From contig JAJXZW010000005.1 in the NCBI GenBank assembly GCA_021779855.1, positions 23,949-87,948 on the forward strand: 64,000 bases of DNA, read 5' to 3'. Each line of letters begins with the position of its first letter. The first letter of the stretch is position 1. Shown piece after piece: positions 32,672 to 43,217 of this stretch. The position numbers and the translations under genes are program-made. This DNA comes from Actinomycetes bacterium. GTDB lineage: Bacteria; Actinomycetota; Acidimicrobiia; Acidimicrobiales; RAAP-2. A model generated the notes under the pieces. That model did no database searches. It saw only the letters and a list, made by a program, of their open reading frames with translations, and was not told where the DNA came from.

Positions 32672-34306
32672 TCAGCTCGTGGGCGACGGGCCCTTGGCGA
32701 TCTCGCCCAGGAACTCCTCGTTCGACCGGGTGGTCTTCAGGCGGTCGATCAGCAGCTCCAGCCCGGCCGCCTCGCGGCCCTCGGCCGCCAGCCCGTTGAG
32801 GACCCGGCGCAGCCGCCAGACCTGGGGCAGGGCCTCGCGGCTGAAGAGGAGCTCCTCTTTGCGCGTGGACGAGCCGTTCACGTCGATGGCCGGGTAGAGG
32901 CGGCGCTCGGCCAGGCGGCGGTCGAGACGCAGCTCCATGTTGCCGGTGCCCTTGAACTCCTCGAAGATGACCTCGTCCATCTTCGAGCCCGTCTCGACGA
33001 GCGCGCTCGCGAGGATCGTCAGCGACCCGCCCTCCTCGATGTTGCGCGCGGCGCCGAAGAACTTCTTGGGCGGGTAGAGGGCGCCCGAGTCGACGCCGCC
33101 GGACATGATGCGCCCGGTCGCCGGGGCGGCCAGGTTGTAGGCGCGGGCGAGTCGGGTGATGCCGTCGAGGATGATGACGACGTCCTTCTGCTGCTCCACC
33201 AGCCGCTTGGCCCGCTCGATCGCGAGCTCGGCGACGTGGGTGTGCTCCTCGGCCGGGCGGTCGAAGGTCGAGGAGATGACCTCGCCGTGCACCGAGCGGC
33301 GCAGGTCGGTGACCTCCTCGGGCCGCTCGTCGACGAGCAGCACCATCAGGTGGACCTCGGGGTTGTTCGCCTCGATGGACTGGGCGATCTGCTTCATGAC
33401 CGTCGTCTTGCCGGCCTTGGGCGGTGAGACGATGAGGCCGCGCTGGCCCTTGCCGATCGGGGCGAGCAGGTCGACGATCCGCGGGGTGAGGTCGGTCTTG
33501 CCCTCGTTGGTCTCGAGGCGGAGCTTCTCGTCGGGGAAGAGGGGCGTGAGGTCCTCGAAGCGCGGGCGCATCTTGGCGACCTCGGGATCGAAGCCGGCGA
33601 CCTTGTCCACGCGCAGCAGCGCCGGGTACTTCTCGTTCGAGGCGGCCGGACGGTAGCCGCCGGCGACGGCGTCGCCCTTGCGCAGGCCGTAGCGGCGCAC
33701 CATGTTGATCGAGACGTAGACGTCGTTGGGCGACGGGTGGTACCCCCGCGTGCGCAAGAAGCCGTAGCCGTCGTCGCGCAGGTCGAGCAGGCCCTCGACC
33801 TCGATGAGCTCGCCGGCGTAGGGCTGGTCGGCGTTGGGCATCGCGTCGCCCCCGAAGCGCTCGCGGCCACGGTTGCGCCGGTTGCGCCGGTTGCGCGAGC
33901 CCGGCTCGTTGAAGTCGCGGGGCTGGCGCTCGGGTCGGCCCGGGGCGTGCGTGCGCCCGGCGCTCCCGTCGCCGTTGGTGGAGGGCTCGGCCGGGGCCTC
34001 GGCCGGGCGGGCGTCGCCCGACGCGGCGGGCGCGGCGGCGCGCTCGGGGGCCGGGCCGGCGACCGGCGGGTCGGCGTCGAACTCACCCAGGAACGCCTCG
34101 AAGTCCTCGGGCGTGGCGACGGTGCGACGCGAGCGCACCGCGCGGCTGGCCGGCGCGGGCGCGTCGGTGCCCATGATCGCCTCGATGAGGGCCGACTTGG
34201 TGGCGCGGGTCGAGACGTCGACGCCCTTCACCTTGGCGATCGTCTGGAGGTCCTCACGCGTCTTGGACTCGAGGTCCGCGCGGTCTGGGGAGGGCTTGAC
34301 AGCCAT
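32672..34306 (-). CDS. rho: Transcription termination factor Rho
   Basis: [28 protein letters not shown]; N-terminal insertion. Confidence 0.97.
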   Translation of the reverse strand: MAVKPSPDRADLESKTREDLQTIAKVKGVDVSTRATKSALIEAIMGTDAPAPASRAVRSRRTVATPEDFEAFLGEFDADPPVAGPAPERAAAPAASGDARPAEAPAEPSTNGDGSAGRTHAPGRPERQPRDFNEPGSRNRRNRRNRGRERFGGDAMPNADQPYAGELIEVEGLLDLRDDGYGFLRTRGYHPSPNDVYVSINMVRRYGLRKGDAVAGGYRPAASNEKYPALLRVDKVAGFDPEVAKMRPRFEDLTPLFPDEKLRLETNEGKTDLTPRIVDLLAPIGKGQRGLIVSPPKAGKTTVMKQIAQSIEANNPEVHLMVLLVDERPEEVTDLRRSVHGEVISSTFDRPAEEHTHVAELAIERAKRLVEQQKDVVIILDGITRLARAYNLAAPATGRIMSGGVDSGALYPPKKFFGAARNIEEGGSLTILASALVETGSKMDEVIFEEFKGTGNMELRLDRRLAERRLYPAIDVNGSSTRKEELLFSREALPQVWRLRRVLNGLAAEGREAAGLELLIDRLKTTRSNEEFLGEIAKGPSPTS

Positions 34307-34455
34307 GCATGATCCTTTCTCACCGCCGGCGTGGGTACGCCAGGGCCGAGGAGAAAAACGAGGAGTCGTCTCGGAAGAACACCGCAGTCCGGCGGAGCCG
34401 AGCGGACGACCTCACCATTGTAGCGGTTCGGCCGGGGGGCGCCAACACCCCGTCT

Positions 34456-35493
34456 CTAGTCCAGCACCCCGAGCAGCGCGGGCAGCGTGGCGTCGACGAC
34501 CTCGGGCGCGCGCGTGTGGGCCACGGCGGTGTCGGGGTCCTTCAGCCCGTTGCCGGTGAGCACGCAGACCACCGTCGAGTCGGCCGGGGCACCGTACTTG
34601 AAGAGCCCGGCCACCGACGCCGCCGAGGCCGGCTCGCAGAAGACGGACTCGTGGCGCGCGACGAAGCCGTACGCCTCGAGGATCTCCTCGTCGGTGACGG
34701 CCCGGACGTCGCCGAGGGACTCGTGGACCACCTCGAGGGCCCGCACCCAGCTGGCCGGGTTGCCGATGCGGATCGCCGTGGCGATGGTCTCGGGGTTCGC
34801 CACCGGGTGGCCGAGCACGATCGGCGCGGCGCCGGCCGCCTGGAAGCCCCACATGCGCGGCAGGGTGTCGCAGCGCCGCGCCGCGTGGTACTGGGTGAAG
34901 CCCCGCCAGTAGGCGGTGATGTTGCCGGCGTTGCCCACCGGGATCGCCACGATGTCGGGCGCGCGGCCGAGCTCGTCGACCAGCTCGAACGCGGCCGTCT
35001 TCTGGCCCTCGATCCGGTCGGGGTTGATCGAGTTCACGATCGTGATCGGCAGGTGCTGGCAGAGCTCGCGCGCCAGGTTGAGGGCCTGGTCGAAGTTGCC
35101 GCGGATCTGCAGCACGCGCGCGCCGTAGACCATGGCCTGGGCCAGCTTGCCCAGGGCGATCTTGCCCTCGGGGACGAGGACCACGCAGTCCAACCCGGCG
35201 CGCGCGGCGTACGCCGCGGCCGCGGCCGAGGTGTTGCCCGTCGAGCCGCAGATCACCGTGCGCGCGCCCTGGGCGCGCGCCTTGGTGATGGCCATCGTCA
35301 TCCCGCGGTCCTTGAACGATCCCGTCGGGTTCATGCCGTCGAACTTCAGCCACACGTGGGCCCCGACGCGCTCGGAGACCCGCTCGGCGTAGAGCAGGGG
35401 CGTGTTGCCCTCGTACAGGGTCACCACGTCCTCGACGCCGTCGAGGTCGAGCCACTCGGCGTAGTGGCCCAGCAGCCCCGGCCAGCCGATCAC
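34456..35493 (-). CDS. thrC: Threonine synthase
   Basis: [40 protein letters not shown]. Confidence 0.96.
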   Translation of the reverse strand: MIGWPGLLGHYAEWLDLDGVEDVVTLYEGNTPLLYAERVSERVGAHVWLKFDGMNPTGSFKDRGMTMAITKARAQGARTVICGSTGNTSAAAAAYAARAGLDCVVLVPEGKIALGKLAQAMVYGARVLQIRGNFDQALNLARELCQHLPITIVNSINPDRIEGQKTAAFELVDELGRAPDIVAIPVGNAGNITAYWRGFTQYHAARRCDTLPRMWGFQAAGAAPIVLGHPVANPETIATAIRIGNPASWVRALEVVHESLGDVRAVTDEEILEAYGFVARHESVFCEPASAASVAGLFKYGAPADSTVVCVLTGNGLKDPDTAVAHTRAPEVVDATLPALLGVLD

Positions 35494-36785
35494 GCCACGC
35501 CCCCGAGGACCCGCGTGCAGGCCCCCACCCGATCCACCGCCGAGAGGGCGGTGAGATCGTCCACGGTCGCGCGCACGTCCCGGTCGCGCGCCGCGTGGGT
35601 GAGGAACGAGAGTCGGGCCTCGTCGGCGAGGCCGGACTGCTCCATCGAGCGGATCGAGACGCCGTGGCGGCCGAAGACCCCCGCCACCTCCGCGAGGACC
35701 CCCGGCCGGTCGACCACGTCGACCGAGAGGTAGTAGGCGCTCTCCAGGTCGCCGGCCTCCACGAGCTCGAGGGTACGGTCCCCGCTGAAGGGCGCGTCGT
35801 GGCGGCCGCTGACCCGGTTGCGCGCGGCGTCCAGGACGTCGCCGAGGACCGCCGTCGCCGACGGCTCGCCGCCGGCCCCCTGGCCGAGCCACATCAGCGG
35901 GCCGGCCTTGGCGCCCTCAACGAAGACGGCGTTGGTGGCCCCGCTCACGGCCGCCAGGGGGTGCGCGAGGGGCACCAGGGTCGGGTGGACGCGGCGCGAG
36001 ACCCCGCTCTCGCCGACGCGCTCGGCGACGGCCAGCAGCTTGATCACGTAGCCGGCGTGGCGGGCGAACTCGACGTCGACCGGCCGCACGCCGGTGATCC
36101 CCTCGTGGGCGACCTCCTCCCCGGCGAGGGGCGTGCCGAAGGCCAGCGCCGAGAGGATCGCGACCTTCGCCGCGGCGTCGACGCCCTCGACGTCGGCGCG
36201 GGGATCGGCCTCGGCGTAGCCCAGCGCCTGGGCCTCGGCCAGGGCGCCGGCGTAGTCCGAGCCCTCCCGGGTCATGCGGGTGAGGATGAAGTTCGTCGTG
36301 CCGTTCACGATGCCCAGGACCCGGCTGATCCGCTCGCCCGCGAGCGAGGTGCGCAGGGCGCGCAGGATCGGGATCGCGCCGCCGACGGCCGCCTCGTAGA
36401 AGAGGTCGGCCCCGTTCTCGTGGGCGAGGCGCGCCAGGGCGTTGCCCTGCGCGGCCATGAGGGCCTTGTTCGCCGTCACGACCGAGACGCCGCGCTCGAG
36501 CGCCGCGCGGACGTACCCGCCGGCCGGCTCGAGTCCCCCGGCCACCTCGACCAGGACGTCGAGGTCCCTGGCGAGCAGCGACGCGACGTCGTCGGTGAGC
36601 AGCGACGGGTCGACCCCGGGGTGGGCCTTGGCGAGGTCGCGCACCGCCACGCCGACGAGCTCGAGCGGCGCGGTGGCCCCGTCGAGGAGGGCGTGACGGC
36701 GACCCGGGTCGGTGAGGATCCCCACGAGGGCCGCGCCGATGTTGCCCGCGCCGATGATGCCGACGCGCACGGCCCCGCTCTCCAT
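35490..36785 (-). CDS. hom: Homoserine dehydrogenase with ACT domain
   Basis: [31 protein letters not shown]-terminal DRPGVLA ACT domain. Confidence 0.95.
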   Translation of the reverse strand: MESGAVRVGIIGAGNIGAALVGILTDPGRRHALLDGATAPLELVGVAVRDLAKAHPGVDPSLLTDDVASLLARDLDVLVEVAGGLEPAGGYVRAALERGVSVVTANKALMAAQGNALARLAHENGADLFYEAAVGGAIPILRALRTSLAGERISRVLGIVNGTTNFILTRMTREGSDYAGALAEAQALGYAEADPRADVEGVDAAAKVAILSALAFGTPLAGEEVAHEGITGVRPVDVEFARHAGYVIKLLAVAERVGESGVSRRVHPTLVPLAHPLAAVSGATNAVFVEGAKAGPLMWLGQGAGGEPSATAVLGDVLDAARNRVSGRHDAPFSGDRTLELVEAGDLESAYYLSVDVVDRPGVLAEVAGVFGRHGVSIRSMEQSGLADEARLSFLTHAARDRDVRATVDDLTALSAVDRVGACTRVLGGVA

Positions 36786-36814
36786 CGATCAAGGGTAACC
36801 CACGCCCCTGCGGG

Positions 36815-38086
36815 TCACTCCACCTCGAGGCGGGCGAGGTCGTCGAAGGTCTCGCGCCGCAGGACGGCCCTCGCCGCGCCGTCGCGCACGAAGACGACGG
36901 CCGGGCGGGGGACCCGGTTGTAGTTCGAGGCCATCGAGTACCCGTAGGCGCCGGTGACCGGGGTCACCACGACGTCGCCGCGACCCGTGGCCTCCGGCAG
37001 GAACCCCTCGTCGACCAGGACGTCACCGCTCTCGCAGTGCTTGCCGACGAGGCGCACGCGCCGCGGGCGCGGCGCGAGCGGGCGGGCGAGGTCGAACGCC
37101 TCGTAGCCCGAGCCGTAGAGGACGGGCCGGGGGTTATCGCTCATCCCCCCGTCGACCGCGACGTAGGTCCGCACGGCCAGCTCCTTGACGACCCCGACCC
37201 GGTAGAGCGTGACGGCAGCCTGGGCGACGAGCGCGCGACCCGGTTCGGCGACGATCCGCACCGCGGGGTCGAGCCCGGCGTCCGCGGCGGCCGAGCGCAC
37301 CGCCGCCGCCCACGCGGTGATCGACGGCGCGCTCTCCCCCTCGACGTAGGGCACCCCGAGCCCGCCGCCGACGCACAGCTCCTCGAACCCGTCGCCCCGG
37401 GTGAACTCGACGAGGGTCCGCACAGACTCCTCGAAGGCGCGCGTCTCGAAGATCTGCGAGCCGATGTGCGCGTGAACCCCGCGGACCCGAACCCCCGCGA
37501 GGGCGCGCAGCCGCTCGATCGCCCGCCGGGCCGCGCCCGAGGCGACCGAGAAGCCGAACTTCGTGTCCTCCTGGCCGGTGCGCACGTACTCGTGGGTGTG
37601 GGCCTCGACCCCGGGCGTCACCCGCACCAGAACGTCGAGCGAGCGCCCCGCGAGGAGTCGGTCCAGCGCCTCGATCTCCTCGGCGTTGTCGACGACCACC
37701 CGGTGCACCCCCACGTCGAGCGCCCGGGCGAGCTCGTCGTCGGACTTGTTGTTGCCGTGCAGGATCAACCGGTCGGCCGGCACCCCGGCCCGCAGGGCCA
37801 GGTCCAGCTCACCCCCGGTCGCCACGTCGACGCACAGGCGCGACTCGTGGGCCAGTCGCGCGACGGCCCCGCACAGGAAGGACTTGGAGGCGAAGGCCAC
37901 CCCGTCGTCGAAGGCGGCGGCGGCCTCCTCACACCGGTGGCGCAGGGTCGCCTCGTCGTAGACGAACAGCGGCGTCGAGAACCGCTCGGCGAGCTCGGCC
38001 AGGTCGACGCCGCCGATCGACACGCCGTCCGCGCGCACCTCGGCGGTGTCGGGCAGCAACGTGAGCGGGACGGGGCCGGTTCCCAT
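36815..38086 (-). CDS. lysA: Diaminopimelate decarboxylase
   Basis: FASKSF, HGNNKS, HIGSQI, EPGR, GKHCESGD, GAYGYSMASNYN. Confidence 0.96.
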   Translation of the reverse strand: MGTGPVPLTLLPDTAEVRADGVSIGGVDLAELAERFSTPLFVYDEATLRHRCEEAAAAFDDGVAFASKSFLCGAVARLAHESRLCVDVATGGELDLALRAGVPADRLILHGNNKSDDELARALDVGVHRVVVDNAEEIEALDRLLAGRSLDVLVRVTPGVEAHTHEYVRTGQEDTKFGFSVASGAARRAIERLRALAGVRVRGVHAHIGSQIFETRAFEESVRTLVEFTRGDGFEELCVGGGLGVPYVEGESAPSITAWAAAVRSAAADAGLDPAVRIVAEPGRALVAQAAVTLYRVGVVKELAVRTYVAVDGGMSDNPRPVLYGSGYEAFDLARPLAPRPRRVRLVGKHCESGDVLVDEGFLPEATGRGDVVVTPVTGAYGYSMASNYNRVPRPAVVFVRDGAARAVLRRETFDDLARLEVE

Positions 38087-38157
38087 GGGACGACCTTACG
38101 GGAGGCCGCCGGACGGCCCGAGCCGCGGGTGAGGGAGTCCGGTAGTGTGGTCGGGCC

Positions 38158-38232
38158 GCCCCCGTAGCTCAGCGGATAGAGCATTGGCCTCCGGAGCCAT
38201 GTGCGCAGGTTCGAGTCCTGCCGGGGGCGCCA
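38158..38232 (+). tRNA. tRNA-Arg(CCG)
   Basis: GCCCCCG TAGCTCAGCGGATAGAGC ATTGGC CT CCG GA GCCAT ... GCAGG TTCGAGT CCTGC CGGGGGC G CCA. Confidence 0.97.
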
Positions 38233-38643
38233 CGGGTTTCCATACTCCATTAGGTGTCACACGGCCCCCCGGATGCCTCACTGTCCATCACCGGCACACC
38301 ACTGCGCGCCAGACGATCTGTCCCACGGCTGTCCCTGGCAACCTCCCGGGCCACAGACCAGCAGCTGCTCGACTCCCTAGATGGCGCCCGGAGGACGAAC
38401 GACGCGGGCCAAGGAACGCCCGAACGTGGAGCCGCCGCCCTCTCCGCCTGACCCGACCAGGGACGCCACGCCGGTCACGGCGTGGCGCCGGTGAGGTCGG
38501 AGATCCGGGGCGCCTGACGGTCATCTCCGTCAAGCGGCAGACCATCGAGTCCTCACTCCTCTGACGTGGCACGACGCATCCCGGCGACGCACCGACCTCC
38601 GAGTGGACCGGTGGCGTAGACCGAACACGCGCGGTCCCGGAAC

Positions 38644-39120
38644 TCACGGCCCGCGCTCCACCGTGAACATGAAGCAGCCAGCCAGTACGTTGCGGGCGTG
38701 GAGGTAGGCGACCTCGGGCTTCGAAAGGAGCCCGTCGATGACGCCCTCGGCGGCGGCCCCTCCTTCGGCGATCCGGTTCTCCACCTGGCGGCCCCGAGCG
38801 TCGTAGGCACGAAAGACCAGTTGTCGTTGACGGAACCCGTGGGGGTAAGAACGAGTTGTCTCGTAGCCCGCGCAACGTTCGGCGTGAATGAAGATCGGTC
38901 CGACCTCCACATACGGGCCCCCGATTGGCGCGGCTCGGTGCGCAATGAGCACCACCTTCTCGCCAACCGCAGCTTCTCGCAGACAGCATCGCAAGGGCGT
39001 GCCGCCCGCGTCGACGTTGGTCATGACAACCACGTCGTTGCCGAAGTCATCCTTGCCCCTCGCCCGCACCGTGTCCAGGTAGCCCGGATCGAGTGCCCGG
39101 ATGCGAAAGGTGGTGCTCAC
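38644..39120 (-). CDS. DUF1203 protein
   Basis: GTPLRCCLREA, GPYVEVGPIFIHAERC, YLHARNVLAGCF. Confidence 0.85.
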   Translation of the reverse strand: MSTTFRIRALDPGYLDTVRARGKDDFGNDVVVMTNVDAGGTPLRCCLREAAVGEKVVLIAHRAAPIGGPYVEVGPIFIHAERCAGYETTRSYPHGFRQRQLVFRAYDARGRQVENRIAEGGAAAEGVIDGLLSKPEVAYLHARNVLAGCFMFTVERGP

Positions 39121-39383
39121 AGGTCCCCGCTCCCCCTCGTCACTTGGCATCTGGGTAGACAACGTGCGGGACTCGGGACTCGTGAGGTGAGCCCTCTGCG
39201 TGCCACGGACAGGGCGCGGCCCCGCCGTCCCTCTTCGCCGCGGTCAGGGCCGTGCGGACACCCGCGGGAGCGACAGGGCCACGCTTCACCTCACGCGCCG
39301 GCCATGGTTGTCGTTAGATGGGGTGTGAACCGATGGTTCCCCGCGGCGGTGCCTCCTCGACCGAAGATCGAGGGTGACCGATT

Positions 39384-39863
39384 GTGAGCCTCCCGCCCTT
39401 CGAAAGCGTGGTCGTGGAACACGGGCCGGTCGTGTTGCGGATCTGCCGGGCCGTGGTCGGACCCCACGACGCCGACGACGTGTGGTCCGAGACCTTCATC
39501 GCCGCGCTGGCGGCCTACCCCCGATTAGCACCCGACAGCAACGTGCGAGGATGGCTCGCCACCATCGCGCACCGGAAGGGGATCGATTGGATCCGCGCGA
39601 GGGATCGTGCCCCACTGCCGGTGGACCGCTTGCCCGAGGTCCCCGGGCGCTCCGCTGAGCCAGTAATTCGTGACGACTCCCTTTGGAGCGCCGTCGCCGC
39701 CCTTCCCACCAAGCAACGGGGGGCCGTTCTCTATCACTACGTCGCCGGCCTCCCCTACGCCGAGGTCGGCCGGCTCCTTGACTCGAGCGAGGCCGCCGCG
39801 CGGCGGGCCGCATCGGACGGCGTACGTGCCCTTCGCTCAACCGTGACCCGGGAGAGATCATGA
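39384..39863 (+). CDS. ECF RNA polymerase sigma factor
   Basis: ADDVWSETFIAAL, WLATIAHRKGID, region 4 LPYAEVGRLLDSSEAAARRA. Confidence 0.88.
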   Translation: MSLPPFESVVVEHGPVVLRICRAVVGPHDADDVWSETFIAALAAYPRLAPDSNVRGWLATIAHRKGIDWIRARDRAPLPVDRLPEVPGRSAEPVIRDDSLWSAVAALPTKQRGAVLYHYVAGLPYAEVGRLLDSSEAAARRAASDGVRALRSTVTRERS

Positions 39864-40480
39864 CCTCCGAACCCAACATCCTCAACCGCCTTCGCCACGA
39901 CGGCGACGTGCCGATCGCCGCGGTAGAACGACTCCACGAGCGACTCGTCGAGGCCGCCTCGAGAGGCGATCTCTTGGACGTCGCCTACCGCGTCCTCGAT
40001 ACCCCGGTCGGCCCACTGCTCTTGGCCGCGACCCCCGCGGGACTCGTCCGCGTCGCGTTCGCCAACCAGGGCCACGACGAGGTGCTCGACGACCTTGCCC
40101 GCCGGGTGAGCCCTCGGGTGCTGCATGCCCCTTCCCGGCTCGACCCCGCAGCCGGTCAACTACACGAGTACTTCTCCGGGCGCCGCCGCCGCTTCGACAT
40201 CCCACTCGACCTGCAACTCGCGCACGGCTTCCGCCGCCTGGTGCTCGACTGCCTCGCCGACCTTGACTACGGATCGACGGCGTCCTACGCGGCCGTCGCC
40301 GCCGCCATCGGCAAGCCGAAGGCGGTCCGGGCGGTCGGCACCGCGTGCGCCACCAATCCCGTACCTGTCGTTATCCCCTGCCACCGGATCGTGCGCAGTG
40401 ACGGCGGGGCGGGCGACTACGTCGGCGGCGCCAACACGAAGCGCGTCCTGCTCGCCCTCGAGATCGGGAACCGACCGTGA
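39860..40480 (+). CDS. ogt: Methylated-DNA--protein-cysteine methyltransferase
   Basis: DTPVGPLLLAAT, AVRAVGTACATNP, PCHR active site; ATGA overlap with the sigma gene. Confidence 0.93.
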   Translation: MTSEPNILNRLRHDGDVPIAAVERLHERLVEAASRGDLLDVAYRVLDTPVGPLLLAATPAGLVRVAFANQGHDEVLDDLARRVSPRVLHAPSRLDPAAGQLHEYFSGRRRRFDIPLDLQLAHGFRRLVLDCLADLDYGSTASYAAVAAAIGKPKAVRAVGTACATNPVPVVIPCHRIVRSDGGAGDYVGGANTKRVLLALEIGNRP

Positions 40481-40697
40481 CGTCCCGATCACCCAAGCAT
40501 CGACTGGAGTGTGCCACGCAACCGAGGGACTCAACACCCCGGGCGGGGTGAGCCGAACCTCCGCCTTGAGCGCAGCGCGCCGACCCGCCCGCGACGACTG
40601 CGAGTAGACAGAACGTTCAGGGTTCTGCGACGGGCCGGTGGGGCGCGGACCTGCCTGCAACCAGCCAGAACGCTCAGGCGATGACGGTGGAGGCAGG

Positions 40698-40769
40698 GGC
40701 CTCCGGAGCCGTGTGCTCGGGTTCGAGTCCCGCCGGGGGCGCCACGGGCTTCCTCGCTCCACTAGGTGT
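40698..40769 (+). repeat. Diverged copy of tRNA-Arg 3' half plus 25 downstream bases (att-like)
   Basis: GGCCTCCGGAGCC...GGGTTCGAGTCCCGCCGGGGGCGCCA...CTCCACTAGGTGT; lacks the D arm and 5' acceptor strand. Confidence 0.9.
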
Positions 40770-40905
40770 TGCGGCTCTTCGGAGTCCGACGGGCCCCGCG
40801 CACCGGACGACGATCGAGCCGAGCACCCTGCGGTTGGGTCTGCCGGCGTGCCGAGGCGCTCGGATGCGGTGGTTCTGGAGATCGGCGGGGCATCCAGCGG
40901 CGAAC

Positions 40906-41052
40906 GACACGAACGCGAACCTCTCAGGCGTGACGTTCTCCGGGGTGCGAGCGGGACCTACTGGAAGGTCGACCGTCTGGTACGGCGCCACGACTTGCCC
41001 TGACGGGACCGAGGTGGGTCCCTCACGCACGTGCGTTGGACGCGGATTCTGA
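40906..41052 (+). pseudogene. Pentapeptide-repeat protein C-terminal remnant
   Basis: DTNANLSGVTFSGV followed by VWYGATTCPDGTEVGPSRTC; the upstream frame runs into the att copy. Confidence 0.45.
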
Positions 41053-41245
41053 GCTCTTGCTCCTGAATGGGAATCCCACGTCGTCCGTGCGAAATGCTGC
41101 GTCCGGTTGTCCCATCGGCTCGTCGGGGGGGCGGTCCGGACCGCGAGGGTTTGAGTGAACACACCTACGGGTACTTTTGGCGCGGCCGTGGCCCAATGGC
41201 GCTCGGTGAGCGAGGAGTTTGATCTGCGGCTGGCCGGCGCGACGA

Positions 41246-41725
41246 CTAGGAGTTCACGTTCGTCCAGAACGCACCATCGTGGGCGTAGGTGGTCCCGGTC
41301 GTGGCGTTAATCAGGTATGCGCACACCCCGTGGACGCCGAGGTTACGCGAGCCGAAGGCGGCCGTCACCGAGTAGGCGCCCGACACCGGTTGGTTCGTCC
41401 ACACGGTGAGTCCGTACACCGAGGCCGGCGTGAACAGGGCACGCACGCTCTCGCCGGCGAAGGTGGGCGCGCAACCTCCCGCCCGGTTGAACTGCTCCCA
41501 GGCCACGACTCGATTGGCGGGTCCGCTCGCGACCCCTGAGATAACGTAATTGAAGTTCGTGCCCATCGGGTTTGTCGCGGGGCCGCGGAGGGTCATCGAG
41601 TCCCCCGCTGCCCCCGCGGGAGCGGTCACCGCGAGCGCGCCGCCCGTGAGCGCGGCGCCAATAACTACCGCCCCGAGGGCTCGCGTGGTTCCGTTCCGCG
41701 CCAACGCCTTAGGTGAGAGTTCCAT
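41246..41725 (-). CDS. Secreted hypothetical protein
   Basis: Signal peptide ending A-G-A-A, beta-rich body with two Cys, GGAGG upstream of the ATG. Confidence 0.7.
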   Translation of the reverse strand: MELSPKALARNGTTRALGAVVIGAALTGGALAVTAPAGAAGDSMTLRGPATNPMGTNFNYVISGVASGPANRVVAWEQFNRAGGCAPTFAGESVRALFTPASVYGLTVWTNQPVSGAYSVTAAFGSRNLGVHGVCAYLINATTGTTYAHDGAFWTNVNS

Positions 41726-42069
41726 GGTGCCTCCCGAATGGACCTGTGCTCGGCGCCGCCATGGCGCCGACGAGGTCGAGCGTATAATCCGTTGGCTGTT
41801 CGCGCTCGCTCACTGCCCGGGGTGTTCGGGTCCCCAGTGCGGTTGACGTCCCCCGTGCGTGGTGGCCCCTCCCGTTCCCGTTGCAAACGGCCTACGATGC
41901 TCGCGTCGCGGCCGATCGAGGACGGGGTCAGAACTGCCGACTCACCCCCGAGATCCTTCGCTAGAACGCCCCCCAATCCGCCTCCGTAAGTGGTCGGTCT
42001 GCACGCAGCACGCTAGACACGTGGGGAGCGTGGCATCGACTGCTCGAGGACCCCACGTAGGACTCACGC

Positions 42070-43167
42070 CTAGGCCCCGAGCGATCCCGTACCGCTGACG
42101 ATGGTGGACGACGTGAGTGCGGGTTTCTTGGCCGTCGTCTTGGGGCACTTCCACCGGTCGGTGCCGCTAGTGGAGGGCGTGCAGCCCAGGGCGATTGAGG
42201 TCACCGTGTACGCGGGTGGTCCGGCGGGCGGAGGCACGCTGAAGCGGGCGTAGGGGGCCTTCCACTCGACCTTCAGTCCGGTCCTCGCGGAGGTCCAGCG
42301 TACCGAGCTGCTACCCGTGATCAACCACAGATTCTCCCAGGTGACCGGTCCGAAGGTCGCGCCGTCCTGCAGGGGCAGGGTCGGAGGTCCCCCCGGTGCG
42401 TTCTGAGCGATGGCCGTGATCATCGAGACGGCGCACTGCGCACAGCCGCTGGTCCACCCGGGCTCGGTCAGCGGCGCAATCGATCCCGTGCCCACCGCGG
42501 CGCCAACCTCGGCCTGGCCGTTGGACTGGCCGGTCACCGAGACCGGCACCTCGTTGGGTGTCAGGGCGCTCTGCCCCGGCCGAGGCATGAACACGAACAG
42601 CGAGCCCTTCGAGGATCCCACCACGTGCACGGTCACCTCGATGGCGACCTTCCGGGAGTTGGACAGCGCGATGAAGGCGGTGAGGTCCACGCGAGATCCG
42701 CAGGCGAGCGCCTGGTCCTTGTTGATATTCCAGAAGCTCGTATTCGCTTCGCCGTGCCGCAGGTAGAGGGAGTAGTAAGTGGTGGCGCCCGAGGTGAGGT
42801 TGTGGTTGTGTTCGAAACCCACTTCGAGTTCGTCCCCGGGTACGTAGAAGGAGAAGTAGGTGTAGCCCGCGTCGGTGGTCGACGCGACAGGCTTGCCCTT
42901 CGAGACCACCCCCACGTACTGGCGCGTGACGAAGTCGCTCTGGGTGCAGGGGAGGGTTATGATCGCGTTGGCGCCAAAGCCCTTCTCCCCCGCGAATATC
43001 GCCGACGAGCAGACGCGGTAGAAGGGGCCGCCGATTCCCTTGCTCGGGCAGGCGGTCAGCGAGGCCGTGGCCACGGCGGCCGTGGCCACGACGACGCTAC
43101 CGCCTGAGAGCAGGACGAGCGCGGCCACCAGGCGTAGTCCAGACCCACCGATGTGTCTCACGATCAT
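42070..43167 (-). CDS. Secreted Cys-containing beta-sandwich protein, possibly YrpD-like
   Basis: Signal peptide; GIGG, AIITLP, AGYTYFSF, ELEVGFEH, GSRVDLT; RBS GGGAGG. Confidence 0.65.
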   Translation of the reverse strand: MIVRHIGGSGLRLVAALVLLSGGSVVVATAAVATASLTACPSKGIGGPFYRVCSSAIFAGEKGFGANAIITLPCTQSDFVTRQYVGVVSKGKPVASTTDAGYTYFSFYVPGDELEVGFEHNHNLTSGATTYYSLYLRHGEANTSFWNINKDQALACGSRVDLTAFIALSNSRKVAIEVTVHVVGSSKGSLFVFMPRPGQSALTPNEVPVSVTGQSNGQAEVGAAVGTGSIAPLTEPGWTSGCAQCAVSMITAIAQNAPGGPPTLPLQDGATFGPVTWENLWLITGSSSVRWTSARTGLKVEWKAPYARFSVPPPAGPPAYTVTSIALGCTPSTSGTDRWKCPKTTAKKPALTSSTIVSGTGSLGA

Positions 43168-43188
43168 CCTCCCTATAGTTCGCCGCCA

Positions 43189-43217
43189 CCTCTACTCTCG
43201 TCCAGCCGGAATGTCAA
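43189..43217 (-). promoter_or_regulatory. Sigma-70-type promoter of the 42070-43167 gene
   Basis: Minus strand TTGACA-N17-TAGAGG. Confidence 0.6.

Larger units (their letters stand above)
38233..40769. mobile_element. Relic tRNA-Arg-integrated islet bounded by att-like direct repeats
   Basis: 38186-38257 and 40698-40769 align without gaps at 63/72 nt; no integrase inside. Confidence 0.7.

Noticed and set aside
40502-40560. Third copy of the GTGTCACAC repeat
   Set aside because: Similarity too weak to distinguish from chance
40684-40697. GGTGGAGG resembling a reverse tRNA-Ala or tmRNA 3' end
   Set aside because: Only about 9 nt match; expected by chance
40640-40744. Second functional tRNA-Arg
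   Set aside because: No D arm or 5' acceptor strand; only the 3' half is present
41726-42069. Riboswitch (c-di-GMP or c-di-AMP) upstream of the secreted gene
   Set aside because: Only isolated words such as GCAAA and GGGGACCC; no consensus architecture seen by eye. An Rfam scan would settle it.
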